Source of the DNA: Amphiscolops sp. MND2022 | Taxonomy: Eukaryota | Assembly (NCBI GenBank): GCA_964187785.1 | Contig: OZ076409.1 | Span: 13,084,001-13,148,000 of the forward strand | Direction: 5' to 3' | Length of the DNA stretch: 64,000 nucleotides | Translations under genes and position numbers: made by a program | In this document: positions 1 through 12,262 of the stretch, one piece after another | How positions within the stretch are numbered: position 1 is the stretch's first letter | How the letters are laid out: each line of letters opens with the position of its first letter | Notes under the pieces: generated by a model | The model's database searches: none | Seen by the model: only the letters and a program-made list of their open reading frames with translations | Told to the model about the DNA's origin: nothing

Positions 1-345
1 TTTCCAACTATTGAATGTTTGAATTCAAGTACGTTTGAAAATTCAATTTCAACTTTATTCAATTTTTGAAGAAAAATGACTAGAATTTTTCATTGTGTGT
101 GAGTTTTACAAGTGTAAGAGTTTGAATTTTTCGAAATTCAGTTCAAAACTGCGTTTGTACTCAGAGAAGATTTTGAATTTGGACAACCTATTCATTGCCG
201 CTTATTTGAATCGCTGAAAAAATTCTGCGCATGTCGCTAAATCTCTTATCAGCTGTGTCAAAACTCTGGTTTTCGTAGCGGCTTTTCTCTAGTTCCAATG
301 AAAGTTTTGCCCTTTTCCGTGGTGACCGTAGTAGTGCTGTTGTAG

Positions 346-541
346 GATCCGGTGGTGGTTGAGAAAATCTGGGAGAAGAAAGGCCTGGTGACGTTGGTGA
401 CTAGTCTGCAGAGGACCCTGCAGTACTTGCGAGACGCCAGGTCCTCCTCCTCCTCTCCTCAGCTCCAGTCTCTCAACAACCTCAGTGGCCACCTGCACAG
501 ATGTCTCTGGTCGCTCACCACCCACGCACACTTTGCTAAAA
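346..541 (+). CDS. ARM-TIR-SAM gene exon (first visible)
   Basis: tgtag|GATCCG...AAAA|gttggt; DPVVVEKIWEKKGLV...HRCLWSLTTHAHFAK; phase-1 end joins TG of next exon. Confidence 0.75.
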
Positions 542-3500
542 GTTGGTCTGTTAGATTCAATGCTGAAGTTGTTCGGAAAAGAAACTGAAGTATCAGGAAC
601 TTGTCCATTTGAGGCTTTTGAAGTGCGATGCGACCAGGGTTGGCCATTCTATGTTTTATACTAATTTTAAACAAAACAAACGTTTTAAAACATGTCTAAA
701 ATTCCCTCAAACAAAGATAGAAAAACAAGCTTGAAAGTATGAATTTATTCAATAACATTCAAATATCGGATCACAAAACTAAGTTTTCCAACTTTCTGAA
801 CTCCAAGCTAGTTGCAAAGACCAGAATGGATGGACTAGGCATACCATTTCGAGTGCCAATTTCAACCATTATTACTCATTTTGACGCTTACTTGTCTGTC
901 TACATCGATTACATGTACAGTTTAACTTCAGTATCACACACGTGCACTATAGTGTAACCTTCAGAATAACGCACATATTTTGTGCCCCCGTGTTTGGTTT
1001 TCATCATTTGGTCTTTTTCGCTTATAACACACACTTCAGAATAACATACTTGAGCGTTTTCTCCCAACGAGGTGTGTAATACTGAAGTTAAACTGTACAT
1101 GAAATAAAAAACCTTTGATCGGACTGTATTTTATTCAATATAAAACAGTGTTTTAAAACACCCATGTTTTATATTGGCCAACCCTGGGCGCGACTTGGAC
1201 ATTTCCGTTTTCATTAGTCCGCGCGTTCTGAAATGAAAGACGACTATTATATAGACTTTTTGTGTTTTTCCAATACTGTCAAAGTGACCATTGTGATGCC
1301 GAAAATTCTACAAATTAGTAAATTTGTTGTTGTCTCCCGAATCCTATTTTCACATGCTTGTTCAGATTAAAAGCTTTTTTCGAAATCTTATTATTTTCGG
1401 AACGGTGAGACTTTTTTTCAAAGGGTGACCTCGTTGATTATTTTTTGGTCCTGTGGCACGGATGAAAGTTTTCTCAGTAATTGCCAAAATGACCAACGTT
1501 GTTTCTCGGCACTGTCCAACTTTTTCTCACAAAATATTCATTTGGTCAAAAAGCGTTTTGCGAGCTTAGAGCTCCCTTTTGGGCGATTTATTCCCGAGAA
1601 AAAATGATCATAATTTCTGCGATGGCAGGAATAATATAGAAACTGGAAGAAGTTTTTCAGCCGCGTTCGTTGAGTACCTGCGAGCTTCTTCAACTGCTCG
1701 TGATAGCTGTACGAGTCTTTCAAACTTTTCAGGCAATTTTTTGCCGCCAGCGGATTAAAAGCTGACATCGGAATAGGTATCACTGAAGCGCGCTCCCCAA
1801 GGACCATAATAATTGAGAGGTTTTTCATGCCGGTAGAATGAATTAACCAAAAAAACTTCAGCTGATTTTTGAAATCCTCGAATTCAAAAAATCTACGATC
1901 TTGCTCTTGACTTTTCGGTTTCTGATATTGCGTTTTTGCGTTACCTTCGCCAAAGCAAGTTTTAGTATGCCAGTACCAGAGTTTTGAAGACCGCAAATTT
2001 TCGCCAATCGCTAAACTGCTAATATTAAATTCGCCATTTCGCCGAAACTTTTTCTTCAAACCATTGGATGTTTGAATTCAAATATGTTTCAAAATCTAAT
2101 AACTTAATTCAATTGTTGTAAGAAAAAACTAAAAAAATTTCATGCAGTGTGGGTTTTACAGTCGAAGAGTTGGAATTGGAATTTGGACAACCTATTGGTT
2201 GCCGCTAATTTGAATTGCTAATACAATCGCTGAAAAAATTATGCGCGCCCGCCAAATCGCTGATCATCGGTGTCAAAATTCTGGGCAGTGCTTACAATTA
2301 TTTGAAACGAAGATGCTTCCCAGGAAAATATGTGGTACTTATTGTTTTGCGAAGTTATGTAAAACGTGCCTTTGTTCTGGGAGATATTTTTCGAAATCTA
2401 TGAAGTTCAAGGTCATTTTTCGTTTGTTTAGAACCCTGAAAATTGGTGGCTTCACCTACTTGACTCTATTTGTAGAAACTTCAATGGTACTAGCTGAGTG
2501 GTAGTCATTGGTGGTGGTAATCATCGGGATCTGAGTTCTGACTTCTTGTTCGTTTCAGTGTCACTGCGTCACAATCTACCGGACATAATCATAGAATGCA
2601 TTGAATTGGAGAACAGGAAGAAAACGCCGTTCGTGGATTGCGACAAACCAGTGAGTAGAATTAAGTAACCGCAAAAAAAGCGTTTCTAAGTGCAAAAAAC
2701 TCAAATTGGCTGGGTTGACCATTTTTCGGCCACACTAGAACGGGTTTTTATTCATTACTTGACCTCACATTCATTTTGTCGAGACAGTGTTGGCTGAGTG
2801 AAAATGACCGTGTTTTAAAGTTTAAATGCTTTGTTTTACTTACGAACTGCAAGAATCTGACTATCAAATCATTGTTTAGTTCTTCATTGGTTAATTAAGG
2901 CGAGACTTTTTCGAATCTATATAATTTAAATGTGGGGTAAAATGAACGCACGTGTCGTTTTAAAGCATGTCAGATATGTGTTTCGAGTTCCATGCCTCTA
3001 ATCAGTGTCAAAAATCGCATAATCGACCTTGTGGCGAATGTATATTAGGATGAGTCATAGGATCTAGCGTTCTGATAAATCATTTTGCGGATACCGGCGC
3101 TCGAATGAATTTTGTGGAAGAGGTGAAGCTTGCGATTTCGGGAAATATCCAACCAAAAATTGAGAATTTTGTATTCAAGGGTCTGTTTTTGTGGAAGCAG
3201 TGTTAATCGGGACTTATGTAAGACAAAACCGTGACACTCTTGATAGGAAAAAGTTTTTGATCTTTCAACTTATCGAGTTGCTCACTTTTTAAACAGCATT
3301 TCTGTCCGAAGAATCCGTTTTCACATCAGAGGAGTTTTTATATATGTGAATTCTCATAATTATTACACGATTTAGTTTTTAAATGTGATTATTAATCATC
3401 ATAGTACTTTGACCGCTGTTTGCACCGCCGCTTCAGAACAATGCCGAGCTGACTAACCAACTGGCCATCATGTTCAACCTAGCCTCGCAGCCCGAGAACG

Positions 3501-6500
3501 TGGCCACCCTCAACGCCCTGGGTCTCATCGCCCGTCTGGTGCCCGCCATCCGGTCTCCCTCGTTCACGGCCCAGTCGATAGCCAGTCTGACTGTGCTGCA
3601 CCTGGTGAGGAACGAGGAGACCTGCAACAAGGTCGCAGAAGCCGGCGCTCTCGAGGTCGTTGTCAACGAACTCCAAAATGTTAGTTGCTTAGGTTGCACT
3701 CACTTGACGTACTTTTATTCAATTTGTGAGATGCATACCAACAGTGAATTGACTCGCGTACTGAAATATCATGTATCGTGTTTTTCGTGTCATTTCCCAT
3801 AGTCCATCGGTATCGTGTACAAAAAAATATCATGTACGGTAACGTGTATCGACTGTATAAATATCAAGTTTTTGAAGTATAAGTAATTTCATTCAGAAAG
3901 CGTAAATTCTTTGATAAAAGTATGTTTCGACTGCCAGCATATCTCAAATTACGAAGCAATGTCCTTTCCACTGATCCAGAGTTAGCCGGAATAGACAATG
4001 TCTCCAGAACTACATTTTCAATCCCTTTGCCAGTTCGCTTTCTCGTCAGAATGTTCCATATCTTTCCGAGTTATTTTCGTGTCCGAATATCTTCAATACT
4101 CATTTAGGAAAACATTGAAATTGCTTCGTTTTCCCGTGTCAATCGTGTATTTTGGGTAAATCGGTAGTTCGTGAAACGGTACCAGAAAAGTGTATTCCGG
4201 TACGGTACATATACCGACGTCAATTCACTGCATACAATGTTAGTTTCAACAACTAGCTGCTGCCTGGCAATCAGGAATAATGTCGGATCTTTTCTGTCAA
4301 TTCCTCTGCCGAAAATGAAAAATTACACCCATGAATGAGCGCAACCATTTCACTACAACCAAATTTCACTACAATAATTAATCAGTCTTTCCACTTTCTC
4401 AAAAGCTACAGTAGTTTTCAAACAAAATAAATGAAAGTAACGGAAAGTGAATAGTTTTTCTGTCTGTATTTTCTTCCGATTTTTTCACCTCAATTGGATG
4501 TGGTAATCTAGGAGATTTTATGGTGTGTTGATCTGAAATGAATGAGTACTTCTAGTGTGAAGCAGGTTTTAACATTTAGGGTATTGCATTTTAGCTTCTG
4601 TCAACTATCAAGTAGGTTTCCGATCATCTTTCATTTCTTCTCACCAGAGCTGTCAGAAATTCGCGAAAAATTGTATCGTTTTTACGCCGATCTTTGCCGT
4701 AAATTCATTTTATTTCTTCCGATAAAAACATACATCTGTATTTGATAAAAAATACTACAAGACCTATTGATTGTTTGCAATATTTCCACACTTTCAAACA
4801 TTATACTTCATCAATTTTTATTCACAATTCATTCAAGAAGTATTTGAACTGACAGAAAGTTGATGATTCAACCATCCTAGAGAAAAATTATAACGGTTTT
4901 CTCCCTTATAGTCTTTTTAAAGATAAATTATATATTTGAAAAACATTTTTCGCCAAATGGCCACTTGATTTTGAGAAATACAAAATGTACGCTTTTGTAT
5001 TTTGTAAAATGTAACGTGGATTTTTGACAATCCTGCTTTTCACCTCCATTTGTGTTTTGTTTTCCTTGATTGTCGTTGTGGGAATCAATTTTGGTGCATG
5101 GAAAATTGCTCTGAATGATATGTCTTCCGTGGCTTTCCATCAGTAGGAATATCGTGAAACCTTTAAAACCTTTTGTCACCCAAGTACGTTTTGTATGCAA
5201 TTCTGAAAATTACAGAATTCATAAGTTTCGGACCGAATCAAAAATTAAACTATTGATTACTTTTCATTTAATTAAGGTTGATTGAGTTTCTTGACGAGGA
5301 GTTGATGACCCTTTTTGAGCATCTAAAAACTTGATTATGTTGGGGTTTTCCATACGCGATGTTTTAGTTGTTCGACGGTGCCCAGACCAACGTAGAGTGG
5401 GATGTGTCGGAGCTGTTACAGGCTCTGTTCAAACTGTCTACTTCGGAGGCGAACAAGGATAAATTGGTCAATGCAGGTATACCACTTGATTGCTCTCAAA
5501 CACCCTCTTTTGTTCCGTCAATGGTAATGCCGTCATTTCATAGGTTAAGTTTGAATGTTGCATTTTAGCTGGGTAAGATTTAAGATTCATTTTCATTAGT
5601 CGGCACTTTCGTCAAAAATTGCAGACATAGTAGTGGATTTTTTAAAGACCACCGAACTGACAGAAATCGATGTTTGCTCCAGTACGACTTTAGTGCGACC
5701 CCTGTGGCTGTAAAGCAAGACTGCGGGGGTTCGAATCATTGGATGGACATTTTTGGATTTTTGCAACAGTGAACGACACAAAGGGTCCCTGTGTTTTTTT
5801 CGGCGCTTTGTGGCTTTTTTAAAGGAAATTTTTATAAAATGCGTTTTTCTGATAATTCCAATTCAGACAGTTGTTTTCACGTCTCAGGGCTACCCCTTCT
5901 TGTATTTTTCGACACTGTATGATAATTGAAAAGTTTCACAAAATGTCCTCTTCTTGAACCTTGAGCTGGGCGCGGACTTGGGCCGTTCCCGACTTTCTTA
6001 ACTTCTGATTGCTCAAGTGTCAAAACTGGGGAGCCGAGACTTGATGTGAATATTTCAGGTGCGCTTCCGGTGTTGGTGAAGTTTCTGTTGAATGGACACG
6101 AAAGAACCAAGATCTTCGTGCTTCGGTGTCTTTGGTCTCTCTCCTTCCACCCCAACAACAAGTTCCAGATGCAATGTGAACCAGACCTCATTGGCGAGTT
6201 GAATGCCAAAGTGGCATCTGTACACCCCCTAATCCGCAAACATTCCCAAGGTACAGAGACCACTGCAGTATATTTGTGTCATTCCTTTGAAACGCAGTTC
6301 TTTGAAAAATGAGGCTTTTTCTGCTTCTGAAATAGAAACTGATTTTTAACGACGGTAACTGATTGAAGTCTGAATAAGTCGGTACATGTTTAATTCTTTT
6401 TCGAATCAGAACTCTGTTGGATAATCGTAATAGTAATAGTATTCTTTTAGGTGTTCTAAGATTTCAAGGGCGTAATAGTTCACGGTGAGGTTACAGTCTC

Positions 6501-9500
6501 CTTTCAATTTATTGGCAAGGGTTATGAAAAATCCATATTTTCCATTTGGGAATGGAAACTACGTCATAAGCTACAATGTTCAGCAGACGTGAGAGTATGA
6601 ATCCAAACCACTACTGATCAGCAGTGATTTAGGTTTCACCAAAATACGCTCTTATCACTTGCTGCGCTTGTGACTGGCTCGCTAACGCTCAAGTCGCTCT
6701 TTTTGGAAGAAAACTTTGGCTCGGTTTTCAAAAGATCACTGCTGATCACTGTATAGTACAAGATCTTTTCAGCTATAGTTCTGACAACGCTAATTTTTTC
6801 AGCAATTCAAGTTAGCGGCAGCTAGATTGTCCAAATTCAAAATTTCCTCTGAGTATACACGGAGTTCTGAAATGAATTTCGAAAAGTTACAACTCTCGCC
6901 CTTGTAAAACCCACACAGTATGAAAATTCCAGTATTTCTTACAAAAACTGAATTGAGTTATTTTAAAACATACTTGATGTTAAACATAGTTTGCAGCAAC
7001 AGCTTTTCAGCGGAAAAGCGATTTTGGAATTAGCGGTTTAGCGATTAGCGAAAAATATTAGCGATCTAAAAACCTTGTTTTCAGGTATCCTGTGGGTTCT
7101 GCACTTCGGCCACTCCAGCAACACTGCCAGAGCTCCAGTCGGGGCGAATACGACTAATGCGTCTGTGAACGTATCCGGGAATGGCGAGCACATTGAGGAC
7201 GTTCCCAGCTCTCTCGGGTCGCACTTGGCTGTTCAGACTGCGGCTGCTGCAGTCCCCGAATTCCTGGGCGGGGAACCAGGAACGCACGTGTACATAAGTG
7301 TGGATGAGTTCGAGATTAATGCTATCAAACGAATAAAGGTGAGTTTTTAGGAGTCGGAAAAAAATTTTCGACTACGCAATCGGTACCTTATTTCTCCTCA
7401 CCTTTCAATGAAATTTTCAAAAACTCTACACGGTTCGAACGAAATTTTTTCCAGTCATTCTACACCATATTAGGGTCCTATGAGTGCAATGACATCAAAA
7501 TCGTATGACTGGGATTCCAGTGAGTCAGAAGAAACGGACCTAAATAGACTCCTTTACCGCACATGCGGCTCTGATTTTAATTTAATTGAATACAGTACTG
7601 TGATTAAGAAATCGTCCCCCTATGCGCTGAGCGTCGTTATCAACCAATTAGAATTTTTAATTTGCTCTCACTTTCATTTCTGATTGGCGCATCAAGTGAA
7701 ATCTCAGGCGCATAAAAAAAACTTCTATTTTCCCAGTTTTGGGCAGGTTTTTGGAAAATGTTTTTGAAAATTTTAAATTCATTGAATTCTGCCGGTTGTA
7801 TATATTTCTGATATATTTTTTGTTTCAAAAACATTCTAAATGAAAAAAATAATCGCAGTTTTTCGCAGCGAAACGTTCATTTCCTATCTTAATACATGCA
7901 AATCGACGAAATTTTACCTTTCGAGCAATTGAAAAATATCCATAGATTCAGTAGATTTGTGCAAGTTGTTTGAGCATAAAACTTGCCAAAAAACTTTGGA
8001 TAAAACGGTCAAAAATTGGAAAAACGGGAAAAAAGCCCCAAATTTGCTCAGAATCAGCTATATGTAACTTTTTCAATTTTTCTCCCAGAAAAATTTTAAA
8101 AACACTAATATAAACTAGATGAAATTCTAAGAAACTTTTATTTCTGATGTTTTTTCAAAATTCTCAACAGATTTCGAGAAAATCGAGCTTAAAATCGTCC
8201 CGGGGGACGTTTTCTTAATCACAGTACTGTATTACTTTATTATTAATTTGTTGCTTATGGCATACAAATTACGAAAGATATTTAGCTAGTACCAGACGTA
8301 CCAGTTTTGCAGATCATACCGCGCAAAACAAAGTTTTTTAAGTAGTTCAATATTCACGGAATTTTAAACTGGTGATAAACTTCAGCGTACCTCATGCATC
8401 TTGTCTATTAACTTTAATGCAGTGAATTGACGTTGGTACATTGTACTGTACCGGAAAACACCACTTTTCTTGTACAGTTACTAGCGAAACGATGACTGAA
8501 ATTTACGCTTATCTGATTCGACGGAAATTTTTGCTATTTATGGAGCTAAAAAGTGCCCATCTCTTACAGTGGCAAGTTTTTTCGTACTGGGCGTTTCACC
8601 TGACACAAGTACAATTGAAAGATTTGTCGCTTATGGTGGTAGTTTGATGACAAAAGGAAAAACCAACCGGAATTTCCAAAAGTTCGAAATGTTGTAAAGA
8701 AATTGCAGCTTTTGAAAACCTGAATTAGTTGAGCCAAAGTTTTCTTCCAAAAAGCGCCGCTTAAGCGTCAGCGGACCAGTCACAAGCGAACAAGCGATAA
8801 GTGCGTTTTTTGGTAACGTTACACGAGCTACCGATTTAGACGATTAACTCAAGATACATGATTTTCGCGAGAAAATGAAGCAATTTCAAAGGTTCCGAGA
8901 AGAGTATAGACGTTATTAGGCGTTCGCTCGAACGCGAAAATATCTCGGAAAGGAATGAAATTGACATTCTGGCGAGAAAACGAAGTGGAAAAAAAGGATC
9001 GAAAATCTTTTCTTTTTCAATTCCTGCCAGTTCTGGATCAGTGGAAAGGATGTTCTCTTTGTAATGAAATGTGCTGACAGACGAAACAGACTACCAATGA
9101 ATTTGGAAAAAGATTATTAAAATTGCGTTTTCCGAATTAACTCGAATAATTTTCAGAAATACAAGGTAACGTGCACGATAATTTTTGTGCACAATACCGA
9201 TACACTATAGGAAAATACACGAAAAACACGATACACTATTTTCAGTACACGAATCAAGTCACTACTTTAATGTTATTACTAGACGTCCTTATTTCATCAC
9301 TGTTTGGGCATGCACATTTTTATCTTAATGATTGGGAGATTTTCGATTTTTGTGAACTGATTGAGCGAGAACTTGTACACTAAAAGGCAATTATGTCTCC
9401 TACTTCTGCTGGCTTTAGGCTCGGTTGGTGGGGGCCGGAAGAAACGCAGTTACACTGGACGAGAGCTCCACCAACAGTTACATAGACTCCATTTCCAGTA

Positions 9501-11981
9501 TGATAGAGACCGCCTCCTGTGTCCTCATGTGCTGCTCACTGAGGTACAAAGAGAGTCCCGAGATCCGCACAGAGATAGAGTACGCAGTAGACATGGGCAA
9601 AATGCTCATCCCCATCGTCATAGAAGAGAACTTCATACCCGATGGATGGCTTGCTTCCTTCATCGGTTAGATTTGAAGAAATACCACTAAACAAGCCGGG
9701 AGCGGTATTAGTCGGCGCCCGCTTAAGGCTCAAAGAGAGCAAAAGTACTCCAAGGAACCTTTTTTTTAAAAATCTCACAACGCCGAAAAAACTAAAGGGA
9801 GACCCCTCGGGCCTAAAATTTCTAAAATCCTAATATCAATGTCAAAATATGAATGGATCGACCCTTTCTATCAATTTGAAATTTTATTAAACTTTTGAAT
9901 TTTTGTAAAATTTTTATGGTCACTTCGGCCAGATTGGAAAAGAAACAGGACGAAAAGTCATCATAAAAGTCACGTTTTGTTCCATAAATTGAATTAAGCA
10001 CATATAGGGTGTGTAAAGGCCACTCATCAATGAAAACAGCAATCCTTAACGCAGTAGAAGTTGCTAGCAATTGTCGCTTGCTTATATTACCAGGTAACAG
10101 ACCGTGGTTGGATATGCACCATGTGAACTTGATCGACGCTAACTTCCCGCGGTTGTTGAAAGAGGTGGAGTCTTACTCATGGGCGGCTTCTGGCATAAAC
10201 ACCCTCAGTCCGCCATCGACGTGAGTATTTTGAAAGTTTTTAGGAGTCGGAAAAAGTTTTCGACTACCTATGCACTCGTGTACCCTTTTTTCTCCCGACT
10301 TTTCAATGAAAATTTCTCCAAAACGGTCCGTACAATTTTTTATAAAATTTAGCACAGTCATTCTACACACAAAGGTGCTCCTGTGTGCGCAATGACATCA
10401 AAATCGTAAGACTGGGATGTGAGAAACAGTCAAAATTAGTCCAAAAATCCTGAGGGGAATCCTTTGACAAAGTACGTAGTTTGTTTTTCAATATTTTAAT
10501 CCGTTTCCGATTCCTTTACCTCTCATGTGGCTCTGGTTTATGATGTGAATTTTAATGGAGATAATTACATTTTGAATGCCATACAGTTCTTGAGCATTTC
10601 TTTTGTCATATACACTTCTGTCTGACTTTCGAGCTCTTGTAATGATAGATGATGCTTTTAACAGACAAGGAACGAGCACTAGCACCCCTCGAGCCAAAAC
10701 AAACTTGTACCAGCACGGGTCAAGCTCGCGACTGGGCATAGCTCTTCCGGAGAACATCAACTCTGAGCGCAGCACCGAAGCGGCCCCTTACACGGAGGCA
10801 GAGGCCGTGCCCACGATGGCCACCCGAAGAGACCACCCCTTGCTCCAGTGGACCGAGGAGGACGTGTCCAGTTGGGTCGACACTCTCAATCTTTCCAAGT
10901 TAGCATGGAAGTCTAGTTGCGCTATTTTTAGTCGGCGCCTTTCCAAGAAAAGAACCGGCTATACCTTTCTTTTTTAAAGACCAGCAAACTGACAGATTCC
11001 TATAAGCAATTCTATCACTATAAGCTATTACTTATCTGTAACTTAGTAACATCTTACTGTCACTTGGCCTAGAAGTTATCGCACATTATCTGAGGTCGGA
11101 GAAGCAGGAGTACGTGGGTTCGAGTCTCGCACGGAATGAATTTTTAATGCTTGCAAAAGTAGATAGGAGACCAGAGAGTCCCCCTTTGGTTTTTTTTCGG
11201 TGCGACTTACTTTCTATGCGACTTACCGGAGTATAGAAAATTTTGAAAGGTTTTTGAGGTTTTCTGTGAAGGAAAATTGTTTCCCGAGTCTTGAGGGTGG
11301 CCTCTTTGTTAACGTTTGATCCTGTGGAACTGATGAGTTTTCTTAATGATAGTGGAAAAGACTACGGTTTTTCGCCTCTGTGCGAGTTTTTTTCCGAAAA
11401 AAAACTTTCATTTGGTCAAAGAGTACCCCCCAAAAAAGCTTGATTTCGGCTTGAAAAAAGTAGTTTCACTAGTTGAAAGCTCCTTCTTCGGCATTGAGAG
11501 TTTCTCCGAAAAAATCTTTCTAGCAACAGGTTGCTGGTTTCACTTGGCAGAAAATGTTAATCGTTGATCGCCTTTCAATTTTAGCTATTCGCCTGACCTG
11601 AAGACGTTCCCTGGACGATACCTGCTCCAGCTGCAAAGGATGAATGCAAGTGTACGTGTTTCAAAAAATTTCATAATTTTTCATTTTTCGCTTCATTCGT
11701 AAAATCAAATGAACACTATTGGAAAAGGGTTTTCTGCGTCTACAACAAAGTTACTTGGATTTTAGGCTCCCGAGTTTTACTACCAAACATTAGAGAAGAA
11801 ATTGGGATTGACAGAGGTCAGCGACTTGCTGAATTTTGCATCTGCACTGGCCCAAGTAGTGGAACTTAGTCAAACGGTGACACCGTTCGACAACAATTCA
11901 ATTGCAGCTGACGATTATGACGACGAAGAACGCAAAAGCGATATGAGCGGAGCTCGCAGTGTTAACAGCAAAACCAATTGA
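346..11981 (+). CDS. Multi-exon ARM-repeat / TIR (TIR_2-type) / C-terminal SAM-like protein; 5' end lies upstream of the window
   Basis: Exons 346-541, 2559-2650, 3437-3679, 5368-5476, 6059-6250, 7085-7338, 9419-9665, 10094-10220, 10665-10898, 11585-11651, 11766-11981. All are GT-AG bounded with matching phases, sum 1977 nt = 658 aa + TGA. ARM-like repeats (VAEAGALEVVV, LVNAGALPVLV, LRCLWSLSFH), TIR (HVYIS...VLMCCSLRYKESPEIRTEIEYA...LIPIVIEENFIPDGWL), SAM-like (WTEEDVSSWV...APEFYYQTLEKKLGL). Confidence 0.9.
635..1186. mobile_element. hAT-type MITE in intron
   Basis: TIR CAGGGTTGGCCA / TGGCCAACCCTG; flanks gatgcgac / ggcgcgac (6/8 TSD match). Confidence 0.7.
918..1095. mobile_element. Tc1/mariner-type MITE nested in the 635-1186 MITE
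   Basis: TIR CAGTTTAACTTCAGTAT / ATACTGAAGTTAAACTG, TA on both sides. Confidence 0.75.
1977..2283. mobile_element. hAT-type MITE family A (related copies at about 1-268, 6770-7070, 31534-31920, 59245-59601)
   Basis: TIR CAGAGTTTTGA / TCAAAATTCTG; shared core AATTTGGACAA..TTGCCGCTAATTTGAA; flanks gccagtac / ggcagtgc. Confidence 0.7.
2559..2650 (+). CDS. ARM-TIR-SAM gene exon
   Basis: tttcag|TG...CCA|gtgagt; SLRHNLPDIIIECIELENRKKTPFVDCDKP. Confidence 0.75.
3437..3679 (+). CDS. ARM-TIR-SAM gene exon (ARM repeats)
   Basis: cttcag|AAC...AAT|gttagt; GC-rich codon-like, ARM motif KVAEAGALEVVV. Confidence 0.85.
3742..4230. mobile_element. hAT-type MITE family B
   Basis: TIR CAGTGAATTGAC / GTCAATTCACTG; flanks cataccaa / catacaat; inverted homolog at 8420-9264. 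Confidence 0.7.
5368..5476 (+). CDS. ARM-TIR-SAM gene exon (ARM)
   Basis: ttttag|TTG...GCAG|gtatac; LLQALFKLSTSEANKDKLVNA. Confidence 0.85.
6059..6250 (+). CDS. ARM-TIR-SAM gene exon (ARM)
   Basis: tttcag|GT...CAAG|gtacag; GALPVLVKFL...LRCLWSLSFHPNNK. Confidence 0.85.
7085..7338 (+). CDS. ARM-TIR-SAM gene exon (ARM end, linker, TIR start)
   Basis: tttcag|GT...AAG|gtgagt; GILWVL...THVYISVDEFEINAIKRIK. Confidence 0.85.
7593..8229. mobile_element. Tc1/mariner-type MITE
   Basis: TIR CAGTACTGTGATTAAGAAA..CGTCCCC at both ends, TA flanks. Confidence 0.8.
8420..9264. mobile_element. hAT-type MITE family B (longer, inverted copy)
   Basis: Starts CAGTGAATTGAC; perfect 8-bp TSD CTTTAATG at 8412-8419 and 9265-9272. 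Confidence 0.8.
9419..9665 (+). CDS. ARM-TIR-SAM gene exon (TIR core)
   Basis: ctttag|GCT...ATCG|gttaga; YKESPEIRTEIEYA and FIPDGWL TIR_2 motifs. Confidence 0.9.
10094..10220 (+). CDS. ARM-TIR-SAM gene exon (TIR end)
   Basis: taccag|GT...AC|gtgagt; GNRPWLDM...FPRLLKEV. Confidence 0.85.
10665..10898 (+). CDS. ARM-TIR-SAM gene exon (linker, SAM-like start)
   Basis: taacag|A...AA|gttagc; LLQWTEEDVSSWVDTLNL. Confidence 0.8.
10925..11520 (+). mobile_element. Helentron-associated non-autonomous element (HINE-like), 3'-truncated, with tRNA-like module
   Basis: 5' TTTTTAGTCGGCGC + nearby inverted CCGGCTA; A/B-box-like TGGCCTAG..GGTTCGAGTC at about 11065-11130; homologous to the 29976 copy. Confidence 0.55.
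11585..11651 (+). CDS. ARM-TIR-SAM gene exon (SAM-like)
   Basis: ttttag|C...AGT|gtacgt; YSPDLKTFPGRYLLQLQRMNAS. Confidence 0.8.
11766..11981 (+). CDS. ARM-TIR-SAM gene terminal exon
   Basis: ttttag|GCT; APEFYYQTLEKKLGLTEVSDLLNFASAL...SKTN then TGA 11979-11981. Confidence 0.85.
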   Translation, partial: APEFYYQTLEKKLGLTEVSDLLNFASALAQVVELSQTVTPFDNNSIAADDYDDEERKSDMSGARSVNSKTN

Positions 11982-12262
11982 TTCTAGAATTAACATTCCA
12001 TGTTTCTCAAAACAGTAGTTCCTGGACTTTAAATATCCAAAAATAATCTTTTGTAAATTTGTAGAAAAAGTGCTGCTTGTAAATAGATTCGATATCGGTA
12101 TAGTTTGTAACAATGTGAATGCTACTTGTTGTAAATTTTGAGGAATTTGTAAATAAATTGTACAAGCTGAGTTTAGATTTAATTCAAAATAATCAAATAT
12201 TAATTCAACCTCGTTTTTCACAAATTTAACTACTGAACCAAAATGTCCCATTACAATGAAGT

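Noticed and set aside
1538..2059. 173-aa minus ORF as a nested gene
   Set aside because: Begins in a MITE and ends in another repeat; only the middle looks vaguely coding and has no recognisable motif.
346..11981. Naming the gene SARM1
   Set aside because: Domain order is ARM-TIR-SAM and the sequence is not recognisably SARM1; no symbol assigned.
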